From contig CAZHSY010000003.1 of assembly GCA_964535385.1 (NCBI GenBank), positions 18,529 to 82,528 of the forward strand: a stretch of DNA of 64,000 nt, read 5' to 3'. Positions 20,853 through 31,750 of the stretch are shown piece by piece. Under the pieces are notes generated by a model. The model had not been told where the DNA came from, made no database searches, and saw only the letters and a list, made by a program, of their open reading frames with translations. Each line of letters starts with the position of its first letter. Position 1 is the first letter of the stretch. The DNA is from an uncultured Candidatus Saccharibacteria bacterium. Lineage in GTDB: Bacteria; Patescibacteriota; Saccharimonadia; CAILAD01; GCA-016700035. Made by a program: the position numbers and the translations under genes.

Positions 20853-21329
20853 CTAGTAACGGGCGAAGTGGGCGAAGGCGCGATTAGCCTCAGCCATCTG
20901 GTGCGTATCTTGTTTCTTCTTAATAGCATCGCCCTGATTGTTGTAAGCATCGAGAAGCTCATTAGCTAGCAAGATATCAAAGCTCTTGCCTTCCTTACGA
21001 CGAGCCGAGTCGAGCATCCAGATCATAGCGTAGTGAATCTTGCGATCTGGTTTCACTTCCATTGGAACTTGGTAATTTGCACCACCAACACGGCGAGAAC
21101 GAACTTGTACATTTGGGCTAGCATTCTTAACTGCACCTTCAAAGACTTCCATAGGATCCTTCTTAGCCTTCGTGGCGGCCTGATCGAGAGCTGCATATAC
21201 CAAGCGCTCAGCCGTACGCTTCTTGCCTTCTTTCATAACTTTATTAATCATACGAGTAACCAGTACTGAGTTGTACTGCAAGTCTGGCTTGAGTTGACGC
21301 TTGAGAGAAGCGGTTTTCTTACGTGGCAT
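20853..21329 (-). CDS. rpsG: 30S ribosomal protein S7
   Basis: 158-aa ORF resembling S7. Confidence 0.95.
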   Translation of the reverse strand: MPRKKTASLKRQLKPDLQYNSVLVTRMINKVMKEGKKRTAERLVYAALDQAATKAKKDPMEVFEGAVKNASPNVQVRSRRVGGANYQVPMEVKPDRKIHYAMIWMLDSARRKEGKSFDILLANELLDAYNNQGDAIKKKQDTHQMAEANRAFAHFARY

Positions 21330-21332
21330 AGT

Positions 21333-21755
21333 TTAGTCCTTCTTGCCCTTTTCGAGCTTAGCGCCGTACTTACTGCGACCCTGTTTACGCTGAGCTACAC
21401 CAGCAGTGTCAAGGCTACCACGTACTACGTGATAACGAACACCAGGAAGGTCCTTAACACGACCACCACGCACCAAGACCACACTGTGCTCCTGGAGGTT
21501 GTGACCGATACCGCCGATATAGGCAGTAACTTCCATACCATTTACCAAACGGACACGAGCAACTTTACGAAGCGCTGAGTTAGGCTTCTTTGGGGTCTGG
21601 GTGAAAACCTTCGTACACACACCGCGCTTAAATGGGTTAGCAGTTGTCGTAGCCTTACCTTTCAGGGCGTTGGTGGTCCGCATCAAAGCTGGGGCCTTAC
21701 TCTTAGAAGTGGCCTGCTTACGGGGTTTGCGAATGAGTTGATTGATTGTTGGCAT
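21333..21755 (-). CDS. rpsL: 30S ribosomal protein S12
   Basis: 140-aa ORF with conserved …KRGVCTKV…[16 protein letters not shown]… It carries an N-terminal insertion of about 10 aa relative to E. coli S12. Confidence 0.95.
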   Translation of the reverse strand: MPTINQLIRKPRKQATSKSKAPALMRTTNALKGKATTTANPFKRGVCTKVFTQTPKKPNSALRKVARVRLVNGMEVTAYIGGIGHNLQEHSVVLVRGGRVKDLPGVRYHVVRGSLDTAGVAQRKQGRSKYGAKLEKGKKD

Positions 21756-21814
21756 AAAATTTAGGATTTAGTTTTTTAGAAACTAGGAATTAGCTCTAAA
21801 AAAGCAACTAGGTT

Positions 21815-21843
21815 AGTTTAACAGGTTCAGACGTGTTGGTCAA
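21815..21843 (-). promoter_or_regulatory. Candidate promoter for rpsL (TTGACC-N17-TAAACT in the minus sense)
   Basis: Found by reading the reverse complement of 21811–21846. Confidence 0.4.
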
Positions 21844-21864
21844 CAGACGCGACAGACATGTACC

Positions 21865-21980
21865 GGGTCTTTTTGAGTGATGCTGGGTGCCGGCGTAGTT
21901 CTGAATGATTCTGAGGCGTACATGATAGTACGGTGAGGGATCATTCAGAACGCACAACGGTGCCCAGCGCGCTCAAAATG
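21865..21980. repeat. Structured intergenic repeat, copy C3: a nested hairpin of about 115 nt between rpoC and rpsL
   Basis: Outer stem GGGTCTTTTTGAGTGATGCTGGGTGCCG pairs with CGGTGCCCAGCGCGCTCAAAA, using G·U pairs. Inner perfect 12-bp stem GTTCTGAATGAT/ATCATTCAGAAC. The loop carries the core GAGGCGTACatgataGTACGGTGAGGG. No U-tract follows on either strand. Confidence 0.7.
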
Positions 21981-21986
21981 GGCCGC

Positions 21987-24900
21987 TTACTTATCCTCCT
22001 CGGACCTAAAGCCGGTTCCGACTGGAATAAGACGTCCAATAATGACGTTCTCCTTCAGACCACGAAGGTGGTCAGTCCGGCCACGTAATCCAGCGCCGAT
22101 CAAGACTTTCATAGTTTCCTGGAAGGATGCGGCTGAGAGCCAACTGTCAGAGCTGATGGAAATCTTAGAAATCGGCATCAGGAGCTGCTCATAGGTAGCT
22201 GGCTTTTTCTTAGCCTCAAGCGCATCGGCGTTAGCTTCGCTCAATGACGTCTTCGAGATAATATCGCCAGCGATAAACTCGGTGTCATTTGGCTCTTCGA
22301 TGCGCACGCGGCTAAACATCTGGCGAATAATCACCTCGATGTGCTTAGATGCAATCGTCTGGCCCTGACTCGAGTAGATAGCTTGCACTTCGTCAACGAT
22401 ATAACGCTGTACAGCTTCCTCGCCAAGCAAACGGTGCATGTCCTGCAAGTTGACAGAACCCTGGGTAAGTCGTTGACCGACGGTCACTAGGTCACCATTC
22501 TTGATGTGTAATGTAACGTAATCCGGAATAGTGTACTCCTTGACGTTACCACCTTCATGACTGAGCTCTATAACGGTCTTTCCAACGCTAATGCGACCGT
22601 CGGCACCAGCTTTAATAGTCCGCTTACCGGTCTCGCTTACAGCCAGGACATCACCCTTCTTGACTATGGCGCCGGTCTTGACGCTTATCTTCATGCCGGC
22701 CTTGATGTCGTACTTGGTAATCTTCAGATCAGCTGGAGCGATGCGCAGAACTTGCTTGCCATCAATGGTCTTCAGGGTAGCTATGCCATCGACTTCAGCC
22801 AACAAAGCCTCACCACGAGGGTTACGAACTTCGAAGATTTCTTCAACACGAGGCAAACCTTGGGTGATATCAGCAGCCGAAGCAACACCACCGGCGTGGA
22901 ACGTACGCATCGTCAGTTGAGTGCCTGGTTCACCAATTGACTGAGCAGCCATAATACCAACTGCTTCGCCCATCTCAACTTCAGCCCCATGGGCCAGATC
23001 AACACCGTAACAGTGCTTACAAATACCCCAGCTCAGGGTGCATTTCATGATGCTCCGGATAACCACTTCGTCGATACCGGCATCGACGATTGCCTGAGCA
23101 ATTTCATCGGTGATTGGCGCATTGGCTTTTACGAGTGTCCTGTCGTCGTCTTTAACAGCCTTTGCGCTATATCGACCGACAATCCACGGGATGAACGAGT
23201 CGAGTCCAGCAGCCCGGGCTTCGGAGCCAGTTACTTTATAACCAGTCTTGTCACCACAGTCATCGGCTGAAATCAGAACATCCTGAGCGACATCAACCAA
23301 ACGACGAGTCAGGTAACCTGATTCAGCAGTCTTGAGAGCTGTATCGGTAAGACCCTTACGAGCACCGTGTGAGGAGATGAAGTATTCGAGAATATTCAAA
23401 CCTTCTTTATAGTTGCTCTTCACCGGCAGCTCAATAGTGCCTCCAGTTGAGTTGAGCACCAAGCCCTTCATACCGGCCATCTGGTTAGCCTGGCCAACCG
23501 TTGCACGAGCACCAGACTCGATGTCCATAGCTAGGGTTGAGCTGTTTGGATCGAGCTCCTCGGCCAGCTCAGCTTCGATCTTTTCACCGACTTCTTTCCA
23601 TATTTCGATAGTGCGCTCTTTGCGCTCATCGTTGGTGATCAAGCCTTGCTGATACTGAGTTGTGACGGCCTGGGCCTTAGTCTCGCCTTCTTCGAGAATC
23701 TTGACCTTGCCGGCTGGTGCATGGAGGTCGTCCATACCCAGTGAGAAACCAGACTCAGTGGCGTACTGATAGCCAATCTCCTTGATGGCATCGGCAGTTA
23801 GAGCGGTCTGCTCGCCGCCAAATAGTACGAAGATTTCGGCTAAAACAGCCTTGAGGCGAGATTTGGTCATCGCATCATTTTGGAAGGTTAGACCTTCTGG
23901 AAGATGTTCGTTGAAGATCAAGCGACCAACTGAGGTCTCAATGACTTCGCCATCCAAACGAACCTTAACACCGGCCCGCAAGTGAACAATATCCTGCTGA
24001 TAGGCCATCATTGCCTCATCGCGGGAACTGAAGCTCTTGCCTTCACCCTGTGCGCCGTCTTGAATGTTGGTCATGTAGAAACAACCGAGTACAATCTCGT
24101 GACTTGGGTTAATGATTGGCTCACCGCTAGCTGGCTTGAGCAAGTTGTTCGAGGCCAGCATAATCTCGCGAGCTTCTTTCTGAGCTGCGTCTGACAGCGG
24201 CACATGGACAGCCATCTGATCACCATCGAAGTCAGCGTTGAAGGCTGCACAGACCAATGGATGAAGCTGAATTGCCTTACCTTCGATGAGAACCGGGCGA
24301 AAAGCCTGAATCGACAGACGGTGCAAGGTAGGAGCACGGTTGAGAAGTACGTACTTATCGGTAATGACTTCTTCGAGAGTATCCCAAACTTCAGTCCGAG
24401 CTCGTTCGATCATTCGAGCCGCACTCTTGACGTTGTGAGCGTATTCTCTCTCGATAAGCTTTGAGATAACAAACGGCTTGAAGAGTTCTAGGGCCATCAT
24501 CTTCGGAATACCACACTCGTCGAGCTTGAGGTGAGGACCAACTACGATCACCGAACGACCTGAGTAGTCGACGCGCTTACCAAGCAAGTTCTGACGGAAG
24601 CGGCCCTGCTTACCCTTAAGAAGGTCGGTCAAGCTCTTGAGCTTCTTACGTGAACCACCAACCGCGGTGACAGCCCGCTCACGGCGTGAGTTGTTGTCCA
24701 TCAAAGCATCGACAGCTTCCTGAAGCATGCGCTTTTCATTGCGGCAAATGACTTCTGGAGCTTCGAGTGAGTAGAGCTTCTTCAAGCGATTGTTACGGTT
24801 AATAACCCGACGATAGAGGTCATTCAAGTCTGAAGCGGCAAAGCGACCACCATCGAGCTGAACCATTGGACGCAAATCTGGCGGAATGACTGGTAGTTCC

Positions 24901-25805
24901 TGCATGACCATTGAGTCTGGCTTAATCTTGGCTTGCTGCATGCCTTCAACGATCTTGAGACGCTTGAGAGCTTTGCGCATACGCTGGCCACTGGTTGAAG
25001 TTGATTCCTCGCGCAGCTCTTCGGCCAACCTATCGAGATCGATTTCGACGAGAAGATCACGAATAGCCTCGGCACCGATACCAGCCTTGAAAACATTACC
25101 GTATTTAATATTAAGATCACGATAAGCACCTTCGGGCAACAATTGATATTTAGCTAGGCCTTCGAGCTCATTTTTAGCACCCAAGTAGTTAACCTCTAGG
25201 TCGGCTAGTTCCTTCTGGCCAACTTCATCAAGTCCTGATTCATCCTTGGCTTCATACTTGGTCAGGATTTCTTTGCGACGGCTCTGATAATCTTGGGATA
25301 GCTCTTCGAGAGAATTGGTACGGGCATCCTCATCGACATCTTTGACGACGAAGTTAGCGAAATAGGTGACTCGTTCGAGATCGCGCACGCTCATATTCAG
25401 AAGTGTACCAATTGAACTTGGCGTCCCACGAAGGAACCAAATGTGCGTTACAGGAACTGCCAAATGAATGTGCCCCATACGCTCACGGCGAACGATAGCC
25501 CGCGTGACGAGCACACCGCACTTATCACAAGTAATACCCTTGTAGCGGATCCCCTTGTACTTACCGCAATAACATTGCCAGTCTTTGGTTGGACCAAAAA
25601 TCTTTTCGCAGAAGAGGCCGTCTTTTTCTGGCTTCTGAGTCCGGTAGTTAATTGTCTCAGGCTTAGTGATTTCACCATGGCTCCAATCAAGAATTTGTTC
25701 GGAACTAGCGACCGTTAAACGGATGGCCGAAAAATCAATTGACGGGAGTGCCTGCGCATCGTGCTGTATATCTGATCGGGTTTCTGTTTGAGTTCCAGCT
25801 TCCAT
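21987..25805 (-). CDS. rpoC: DNA-directed RNA polymerase beta' subunit
   Basis: 1272-aa ORF with the NADFDGD catalytic motif and the N-terminal zinc-binding Cys cluster. Confidence 0.97.
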   Translation of the reverse strand: MEAGTQTETRSDIQHDAQALPSIDFSAIRLTVASSEQILDWSHGEITKPETINYRTQKPEKDGLFCEKIFGPTKDWQCYCGKYKGIRYKGITCDKCGVLVTRAIVRRERMGHIHLAVPVTHIWFLRGTPSSIGTLLNMSVRDLERVTYFANFVVKDVDEDARTNSLEELSQDYQSRRKEILTKYEAKDESGLDEVGQKELADLEVNYLGAKNELEGLAKYQLLPEGAYRDLNIKYGNVFKAGIGAEAIRDLLVEIDLDRLAEELREESTSTSGQRMRKALKRLKIVEGMQQAKIKPDSMVMQELPVIPPDLRPMVQLDGGRFAASDLNDLYRRVINRNNRLKKLYSLEAPEVICRNEKRMLQEAVDALMDNNSRRERAVTAVGGSRKKLKSLTDLLKGKQGRFRQNLLGKRVDYSGRSVIVVGPHLKLDECGIPKMMALELFKPFVISKLIEREYAHNVKSAARMIERARTEVWDTLEEVITDKYVLLNRAPTLHRLSIQAFRPVLIEGKAIQLHPLVCAAFNADFDGDQMAVHVPLSDAAQKEAREIMLASNNLLKPASGEPIINPSHEIVLGCFYMTNIQDGAQGEGKSFSSRDEAMMAYQQDIVHLRAGVKVRLDGEVIETSVGRLIFNEHLPEGLTFQNDAMTKSRLKAVLAEIFVLFGGEQTALTADAIKEIGYQYATESGFSLGMDDLHAPAGKVKILEEGETKAQAVTTQYQQGLITNDERKERTIEIWKEVGEKIEAELAEELDPNSSTLAMDIESGARATVGQANQMAGMKGLVLNSTGGTIELPVKSNYKEGLNILEYFISSHGARKGLTDTALKTAESGYLTRRLVDVAQDVLISADDCGDKTGYKVTGSEARAAGLDSFIPWIVGRYSAKAVKDDDRTLVKANAPITDEIAQAIVDAGIDEVVIRSIMKCTLSWGICKHCYGVDLAHGAEVEMGEAVGIMAAQSIGEPGTQLTMRTFHAGGVASAADITQGLPRVEEIFEVRNPRGEALLAEVDGIATLKTIDGKQVLRIAPADLKITKYDIKAGMKISVKTGAIVKKGDVLAVSETGKRTIKAGADGRISVGKTVIELSHEGGNVKEYTIPDYVTLHIKNGDLVTVGQRLTQGSVNLQDMHRLLGEEAVQRYIVDEVQAIYSSQGQTIASKHIEVIIRQMFSRVRIEEPNDTEFIAGDIISKTSLSEANADALEAKKKPATYEQLLMPISKISISSDSWLSAASFQETMKVLIGAGLRGRTDHLRGLKENVIIGRLIPVGTGFRSEEDK

Positions 25806-25806
25806 C

Positions 25807-28800
25807 TTAGACCTCCTCTCCTTCTACTTTAGCTTCTTCTACAGCGATAGTCTCAAAATCATCGGCCATGACACCAGCGTCGGATAGATCCACAACGGCG
25901 ACATCAGGAGCGGTACCTTCCAAAAGTTCATCATCAGCCAACTCAATGGCTTCCTCTTGTGTCACCTTATCGAGCAAGGTATCGGCGTCGATTTCGGCGT
26001 TCGCACTATCAAGTTCGACGGCAAACCCGAGTGACTGCAGCTCTTTCACGAGCACGTTGAAGCTCTCAGGTACACGCGGCCCTTTGATCTGCTCGTTCTT
26101 AATGATGGCCTCATAGGCCTTGGAGCGACCAATGACGTCGTCGGACTTGATGGTGAGGATTTCTTGCAAACTATGAGCAGCGCCATAGGCCTCGAGCGCC
26201 CAAACTTCCATCTCTCCGAATCGCTGACCACCCATCATAGCCTTACCACCAAGCGGCTGCTGCGTAACCATGGCGTATGGTCCGGTTGAACGAGCGTGAA
26301 TCTTGTCATCAACCATGTGATGAAGCTTCAGCATGTACTTGTAGCCAATGGTTGTCTTCTGGTCGAATGGCTCACCGGTGTAGCCGTGATAGAGCTGTGC
26401 CTTACCATCTTCTGGCAATCCAGCTTTCTTGAGCTCTCCTTTGATCTGATCGATTGTCACGCCATCGAGAACTGGGCTGGCGACTTTGTAGCCAAGTGCC
26501 TGAGCCGCCCAACCAAGGTGGGTTTCGAGGATCTGACCGATATTCATACGAGCACCAATACCGAGTGGGTTTAAGACGATATCGACTGGTGTGCCGTCTT
26601 CGAGATACGGCATATCTTCGATTGGCATAACCTTTGAAATCACACCCTTATTACCGTGTCGACCAGCCATCTTGTCGCCAACCTGGATCTTGCGCAGTTG
26701 GGCAACAGCAATGTAGATCTGCTGTAAGACACCACTTGGAAGATCGTCGCCGTTCTCGCCAGAGAGAATCTTAATGCCAACAATCTTACCCTGCGAGCCG
26801 TTTGGCATGCGCAAGCTAGAGTCCTTAACCTCGCGAGCTTTCTCACCGAAGATCGCTCGGAGCAAGCGCTCTTCAGAGCTGAGTTCGGTCTCACCCTTGG
26901 GGCTAATCTTACCGATAAGAATGTCGCCAGCAGTAACTTCAGCACCGACGCGGATGATGCCGCTCTCGTCGAGATCTTTGAGCGCTTCGTCACCGACATT
27001 TGGAATGTCGCGGGTGACTACTTCTGGACCAAGCTTGGTATCACGAACGTCGATTTGGTGAGTCTCGATATGAACCGAGCTATAACGATCATCCTGAACA
27101 ATGCGCTCTGAAATGATGATGGCGTCTTCGAAGTTGTATCCGTCGAAGGCCATGAAAGCGACCAGGACGTTCTGACCGAGAGCCAGTTCACCGTCGACCG
27201 TCGACATACCATCAGCCAGCACGTCACCTTTCTTGATCTTTTCGCCACCAGTCACAACACAACGCTGGGTCATACCGGCTCCTTGGTTGGAGCGAATGAA
27301 ATTAAGCAGCTCATAGCTACGCTCTCCAAGCTTCTTGTACTTGACGACAATCTCCTGAGCGCTGGCGCGAATCACTTCGCCCTCATCCTCGGCCAAGATA
27401 ATTTGACCCGAGTCAGCTGCGACTTTGTGCTCGATACCAGTACCAACGATTGGAGCCTGTGGCTTCACGAGAGCAACAGCTTGCTTCTGCATGTTCGCAC
27501 CCATCAAAGCCCGTCGAGCGTCGTCGTGTTCCATAAATGGAATCAATGCGGCTGAGATACCAACCGTCTGAATTGAGGAAATATCCATGTATTGGACGTC
27601 ATCGGCTGAGAGTTCAGCAGCTTCACCACCAACCCCACGAGCTGAGACGACGGGATTTACAAATGAGCCATCTTCGTTAATTTTAATATTAGCTGGAGCA
27701 ATTACGGCATTTTCTTCGTCAAAAGCATCGAGGTAGACGACCTCCTTAGTTACATGTGCTTTCACTTGGACCTTGTCGAAACCAGCCTTCTCGATAGCCT
27801 TAGCAGTCACAGCAGTGATCTTCTCACCAGCTTTAACGATTACCTTGCCAGACTTGTCTTTAACCTGAAAACGAGCTGTCTCACCGGTTGCCTTAGCTGT
27901 CTCAACCTGGCTAACTACCCGCAGGTAAGGCGTTTCGATAAAGCCATACTCATTGACCCGAGCGTAACTGGCCATAGTCGAAACCAAACCGATGTTCGGT
28001 CCTTCTGGAGTCTCGATCGGACAAATACGACCATAGTGGGTGCGGTGGACGTCACGGACTTCAAAGCCGGCACGTTCGCGGTTCAAACCACCTGGTCCAA
28101 GCGCATTCAAACGACGCTTGTGGACGATTTCATCAAGTGGGTTAGTCTGCTGGAGGAACTGTGAGAGTTGGTGGGAAGCGTAGAATTCCTTCACGCTAGC
28201 AACAATCGGCCGAACATTAACCAAGAGAGCTGGAGTAACGGCATCTGGATCAGCTACAGACATACGATCCTTGACGATACGCTCCATACGAGCAATGCCG
28301 ACCCGGAAGCGTTGCTGGATTAATTCACCGACCATCTTCAGACGACGATTACCGAGGTGATCAATGTCTTCACTGGCGTGATTTTCGTTGGTCATGCGGA
28401 TGACTTCTTTGATAATACCTACAAAGTCCTCAACCCGAAGAATACGATTCTCGCGAGTGTTCTTGATATCAAAACCAAGTCGCTTATTGAGCTTGTAGCG
28501 ACCAACCTTCGAGAGATCATAGCGCTTGAAATCAAAGAACATAGAGTCGATGAGAGTTTTAGAGTTTTCAACGGTAGCTAGATCACCAGGGCGAATGCGT
28601 TTGTAGACTTCCATGAGAGCTTCGGCAGTTGAGCTTGAGGCATCCTTAGCGATAGTTTCTGCAATAAATCGAGTCTCACCAGTATCAACGTCGCTGAAAA
28701 GCTCGAGCAGTTCATTATCAGTACCAAAACCAAAAGCCCGCATAAGGGTTGTAACAGGAAGCTTGCGCTTGCGGTCGATCTTAACACTCATCACACCATT

Positions 28801-29301
28801 AGCACTGGTCTCGATCTCGAGCCAAGCACCGCGTGAAGGAATAATTTTAGCGCCGAAATTGCCACCTGGGCTATCATTTGTAAAGAAAACACCAGCACTA
28901 CGGACGAGCTGCGAAACTACCACGCGCTCAACACCATTGATGATGAAAGTTCCACGCTTGGTCATAACCGGGTAGTCGCCGAGGAAGATTTCCTGAGTGC
29001 GTACTTCACCAGTTTCCTTAATAAGGAGCTCCATATTGGCTCGCAAGCTAGCCTCGTAGGTTGCATTCTTTTCCTTAGCTACCATCTCGCTGAGCTTTGG
29101 CTCTTCGTAGTAGTAGTCTTTAAACGACAAGGCATACAACTTGCCAGTAAAGTCCTCTATTGGGCTAATTTCTTCAAAAAGTTCGGTCAAACCTTCTCGA
29201 ACAAACCAGTTGTAACTGGCTTGCTGGATTTCTACTAGGTTTGGCAGCGGCAAAATATCACTGTGTGGCTTTAAGTGCTTACGGTCGGCTGTTTTAGGCA
29301 T
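25807..29301 (-). CDS. rpoB: DNA-directed RNA polymerase beta subunit
   Basis: 1164-aa ORF with conserved beta-subunit blocks. It lies directly upstream of rpoC. Confidence 0.97.
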   Translation of the reverse strand: MPKTADRKHLKPHSDILPLPNLVEIQQASYNWFVREGLTELFEEISPIEDFTGKLYALSFKDYYYEEPKLSEMVAKEKNATYEASLRANMELLIKETGEVRTQEIFLGDYPVMTKRGTFIINGVERVVVSQLVRSAGVFFTNDSPGGNFGAKIIPSRGAWLEIETSANGVMSVKIDRKRKLPVTTLMRAFGFGTDNELLELFSDVDTGETRFIAETIAKDASSSTAEALMEVYKRIRPGDLATVENSKTLIDSMFFDFKRYDLSKVGRYKLNKRLGFDIKNTRENRILRVEDFVGIIKEVIRMTNENHASEDIDHLGNRRLKMVGELIQQRFRVGIARMERIVKDRMSVADPDAVTPALLVNVRPIVASVKEFYASHQLSQFLQQTNPLDEIVHKRRLNALGPGGLNRERAGFEVRDVHRTHYGRICPIETPEGPNIGLVSTMASYARVNEYGFIETPYLRVVSQVETAKATGETARFQVKDKSGKVIVKAGEKITAVTAKAIEKAGFDKVQVKAHVTKEVVYLDAFDEENAVIAPANIKINEDGSFVNPVVSARGVGGEAAELSADDVQYMDISSIQTVGISAALIPFMEHDDARRALMGANMQKQAVALVKPQAPIVGTGIEHKVAADSGQIILAEDEGEVIRASAQEIVVKYKKLGERSYELLNFIRSNQGAGMTQRCVVTGGEKIKKGDVLADGMSTVDGELALGQNVLVAFMAFDGYNFEDAIIISERIVQDDRYSSVHIETHQIDVRDTKLGPEVVTRDIPNVGDEALKDLDESGIIRVGAEVTAGDILIGKISPKGETELSSEERLLRAIFGEKAREVKDSSLRMPNGSQGKIVGIKILSGENGDDLPSGVLQQIYIAVAQLRKIQVGDKMAGRHGNKGVISKVMPIEDMPYLEDGTPVDIVLNPLGIGARMNIGQILETHLGWAAQALGYKVASPVLDGVTIDQIKGELKKAGLPEDGKAQLYHGYTGEPFDQKTTIGYKYMLKLHHMVDDKIHARSTGPYAMVTQQPLGGKAMMGGQRFGEMEVWALEAYGAAHSLQEILTIKSDDVIGRSKAYEAIIKNEQIKGPRVPESFNVLVKELQSLGFAVELDSANAEIDADTLLDKVTQEEAIELADDELLEGTAPDVAVVDLSDAGVMADDFETIAVEEAKVEGEEV

Positions 29302-29349
29302 ACGCTTAACTTACTCTCCTTCGAATCAAGTGACACTCCTTCGCCTATC

Positions 29350-29405
29350 CGTGAACCCTCAGTGTGATGCAAGGAAGGTACTCGGAGATAATCTACCGAG
29401 TACGT
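29350..29405. repeat. Related structured element in the rpoB leader (copy C5, partial)
   Basis: GAACCCTCAGTGTGATGCAAGG resembles the GGGTTC…GAGTGATGCTAGG block. A hairpin GTACTCGG-N10-CCGAGTAC lies at 29378–29403. A CTAGGAAC motif lies at 29693–29706. Confidence 0.4.
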
Positions 29406-29742
29406 CCCCTGCCACTTTCGTCAAACAGCTAGGTGAAACAATGGATCTAATTAATGTAGTGAATAAAAACGTTTGTTTTGTAAAAACGAACTAATGGATG
29501 AGATGGCGACTCTCTGAAACTATCGAGGCAGGGTATCTAGACTTACGCGACAAACATTTTGCTCTAGGACGCAAAAAAACTCGCTCACAAAAAAGCGGTC
29601 TTGTATGGCGTTTTACGTAAGTCTAAGCATCCTCTTGTACCCTATTGTGATGGTTTGTGCGGCTCCTGTCAACAGTATTTGTGTAGTAAATAGGAACTAG
29701 GAATTCACTTCTATCGATTGGCTACAGTTCCTGGCTCCTAAC

Positions 29743-30990
29743 TTACGCGTAAGCGTGTGATATACGCTTAAAGCTCAGGAGAAATACTACACCAATCCCA
29801 GCTAGAGCCGCCCCCATACCAGCCAGAACTGTGAGTGGTGAAAAGACGTCCGCCAGCAAACCAGCAATGAAGACTGGTGCGAGGGCCGCAATATTAATCA
29901 TCATATTAAGTGTGCCGAAAATCTGACCACGCAGTCGGTCGGTCGAAGCCAGCTGAAGTAATGTCTGCGCCGCCACCAGCATCAAGGCGTTAAGAAACCC
30001 GAGCGCAAAAGTGGAAGCCGCCACCCAAGGCTGAACATTCGTCAGATGGCTGATCGTAGGTAAAACGGCCAACCAAACCAGCATGGCGCTAGCACTGAAA
30101 AGAGCTATATAAACTAAGCGTACTTTACTCATGTGCTGCAAGAGCCGCCCCGCTACTACTGATCCGGCTACTAACCCGATACCGGCCGGCACCACCAACC
30201 AGTGTCCGGTGTGAGCTAGATCGGTTCCAAAAAGTTTCTGTGACAAAGCTGGAGCTAGCGCAGCCACGATACCAACCATGGTCTGAGCAATGGAGATTAG
30301 CAGAATTGGGAAAAGTAACGTACGAGTGCCAATAATATGACTAAAGTGCTCCTTAAGGTCGGTACGAATCGCTCGCACTGTACTGCGCACATCAAACTTC
30401 TCTTTGACCGGAGGCCGCATACTCGGTAAGGCTATTGATAATAAGAAAGCGATTATAAAGGCTATCATTACCACCGCATAAACCGTGTGTATCCCCGATT
30501 GGCCAATTATTGGAGCTGCTAGTGAGTAGCCAATGATAAAGCTGGCATTGAGTGTAAAAATAAATAGTGAGTTAGCGACTGAAAGATTACGTTTATGCAC
30601 GAGCTTGGGCAGGGCGGCACCTTCGGCTGGCACAAAGAACTGTGTAAAGATTGAGATCAAGAAAGCCACCACATAGACCGCCAAGACTTGGCTATCGAAT
30701 ACAATAAATAGCGGTATAAGCAGGGCTCGGATCAGGTTCGTCCAGGCTAGGACGCGCTTGCGATCTCGCTGGTCCACATAAGCTCCGGCCGGTACCGCCA
30801 CCAAAATTGCGGGTAAACCAATCGCCACGATCAGCAAAGATACTGAGCTGTTGGCAAAACGTGTGCCTTGCGCAATGTCGTATATGCGAATAAGAAGCGC
30901 GTAGTTTAAGAGCTGTGCGGCGACTTGACTGGCGATTTGAGCGCCCCAAAGCTTGAGGAACTGACGGTTTCTCAGAACCTCAGCGTACAT
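29743..30990 (-). CDS. MFS-type transporter (415 aa, about 12 transmembrane helices)
   Basis: Hydrophobicity pattern and MFS-like loop motifs. Confidence 0.7.
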   Translation of the reverse strand: MYAEVLRNRQFLKLWGAQIASQVAAQLLNYALLIRIYDIAQGTRFANSSVSLLIVAIGLPAILVAVPAGAYVDQRDRKRVLAWTNLIRALLIPLFIVFDSQVLAVYVVAFLISIFTQFFVPAEGAALPKLVHKRNLSVANSLFIFTLNASFIIGYSLAAPIIGQSGIHTVYAVVMIAFIIAFLLSIALPSMRPPVKEKFDVRSTVRAIRTDLKEHFSHIIGTRTLLFPILLISIAQTMVGIVAALAPALSQKLFGTDLAHTGHWLVVPAGIGLVAGSVVAGRLLQHMSKVRLVYIALFSASAMLVWLAVLPTISHLTNVQPWVAASTFALGFLNALMLVAAQTLLQLASTDRLRGQIFGTLNMMINIAALAPVFIAGLLADVFSPLTVLAGMGAALAGIGVVFLLSFKRISHAYA

Positions 30991-31113
30991 GTGAAGACAT
31001 CTCCATTACCTTTATTGTACAGGGTTTTGAATCCCCAAGCACGAGATGTTATATCCATATATTGTCAGCACCGACCAAAGCATAGGGTATAGGCCTCAGT
31101 TGAGTGGTGCCGC

Positions 31114-31722
31114 TTATTTACGAGAGATCACCTTGTCGACAATACCATACTCAGCCGCTTCCTTAGCACTCATCCAGAAATCACGATCTGAATCAGTGGC
31201 TACGCGCTCTATTGTCTGGCCAGTTCGCTCAGCGATTATTTGATTAATCTCCTCGCGAGTCTTGATGATTTCCTTAGCGGTGATTTCAATATCAGCGGCC
31301 GTTCCTTCAAAGCCGCCAGATGGCTGGTGCACCATGATTCGACTATGTGGCAAGGCAAATCGCTTACCTTTTTGCCCCATTGTAAGCAGGAAGGCGCCCA
31401 TCGAAGCTGCCATACCGACCACAATCGTTGAGACATCCGGCTTAATGTGCTCCATAGTATCGAAGATGCCCATACCAGCAGTCACACTACCGCCTGGTGA
31501 ATTAATATAGAGCGTAATATCGGCATTCTTGTCCTCGCTCTCGAGGAAGAGCAGCTGGGCAATTATGAGGTTAGCCACCGTGTCATCAACCGCCGTTCCA
31601 AGGAAAATAATCCGCTCCTTTAACAGCCGCGAGTAAATGTCATAGGCCCGCTCCCCCATGCTGGTCTTCTCGATTACAGTTGGGACGAGAATTGAATTGT
31701 ATTGTGTCTTGTCCATGCCCAC
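31114..31722 (-). CDS. clpP: ATP-dependent Clp protease proteolytic subunit
   Basis: 202-aa ORF with …[18 protein letters not shown]… and the Ser-His-Asp catalytic triad context. Confidence 0.95.
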   Translation of the reverse strand: MGMDKTQYNSILVPTVIEKTSMGERAYDIYSRLLKERIIFLGTAVDDTVANLIIAQLLFLESEDKNADITLYINSPGGSVTAGMGIFDTMEHIKPDVSTIVVGMAASMGAFLLTMGQKGKRFALPHSRIMVHQPSGGFEGTAADIEITAKEIIKTREEINQIIAERTGQTIERVATDSDRDFWMSAKEAAEYGIVDKVISRK

Positions 31723-31750
31723 TCCTCCTTCTTGCTACTTGCTTCGATCC

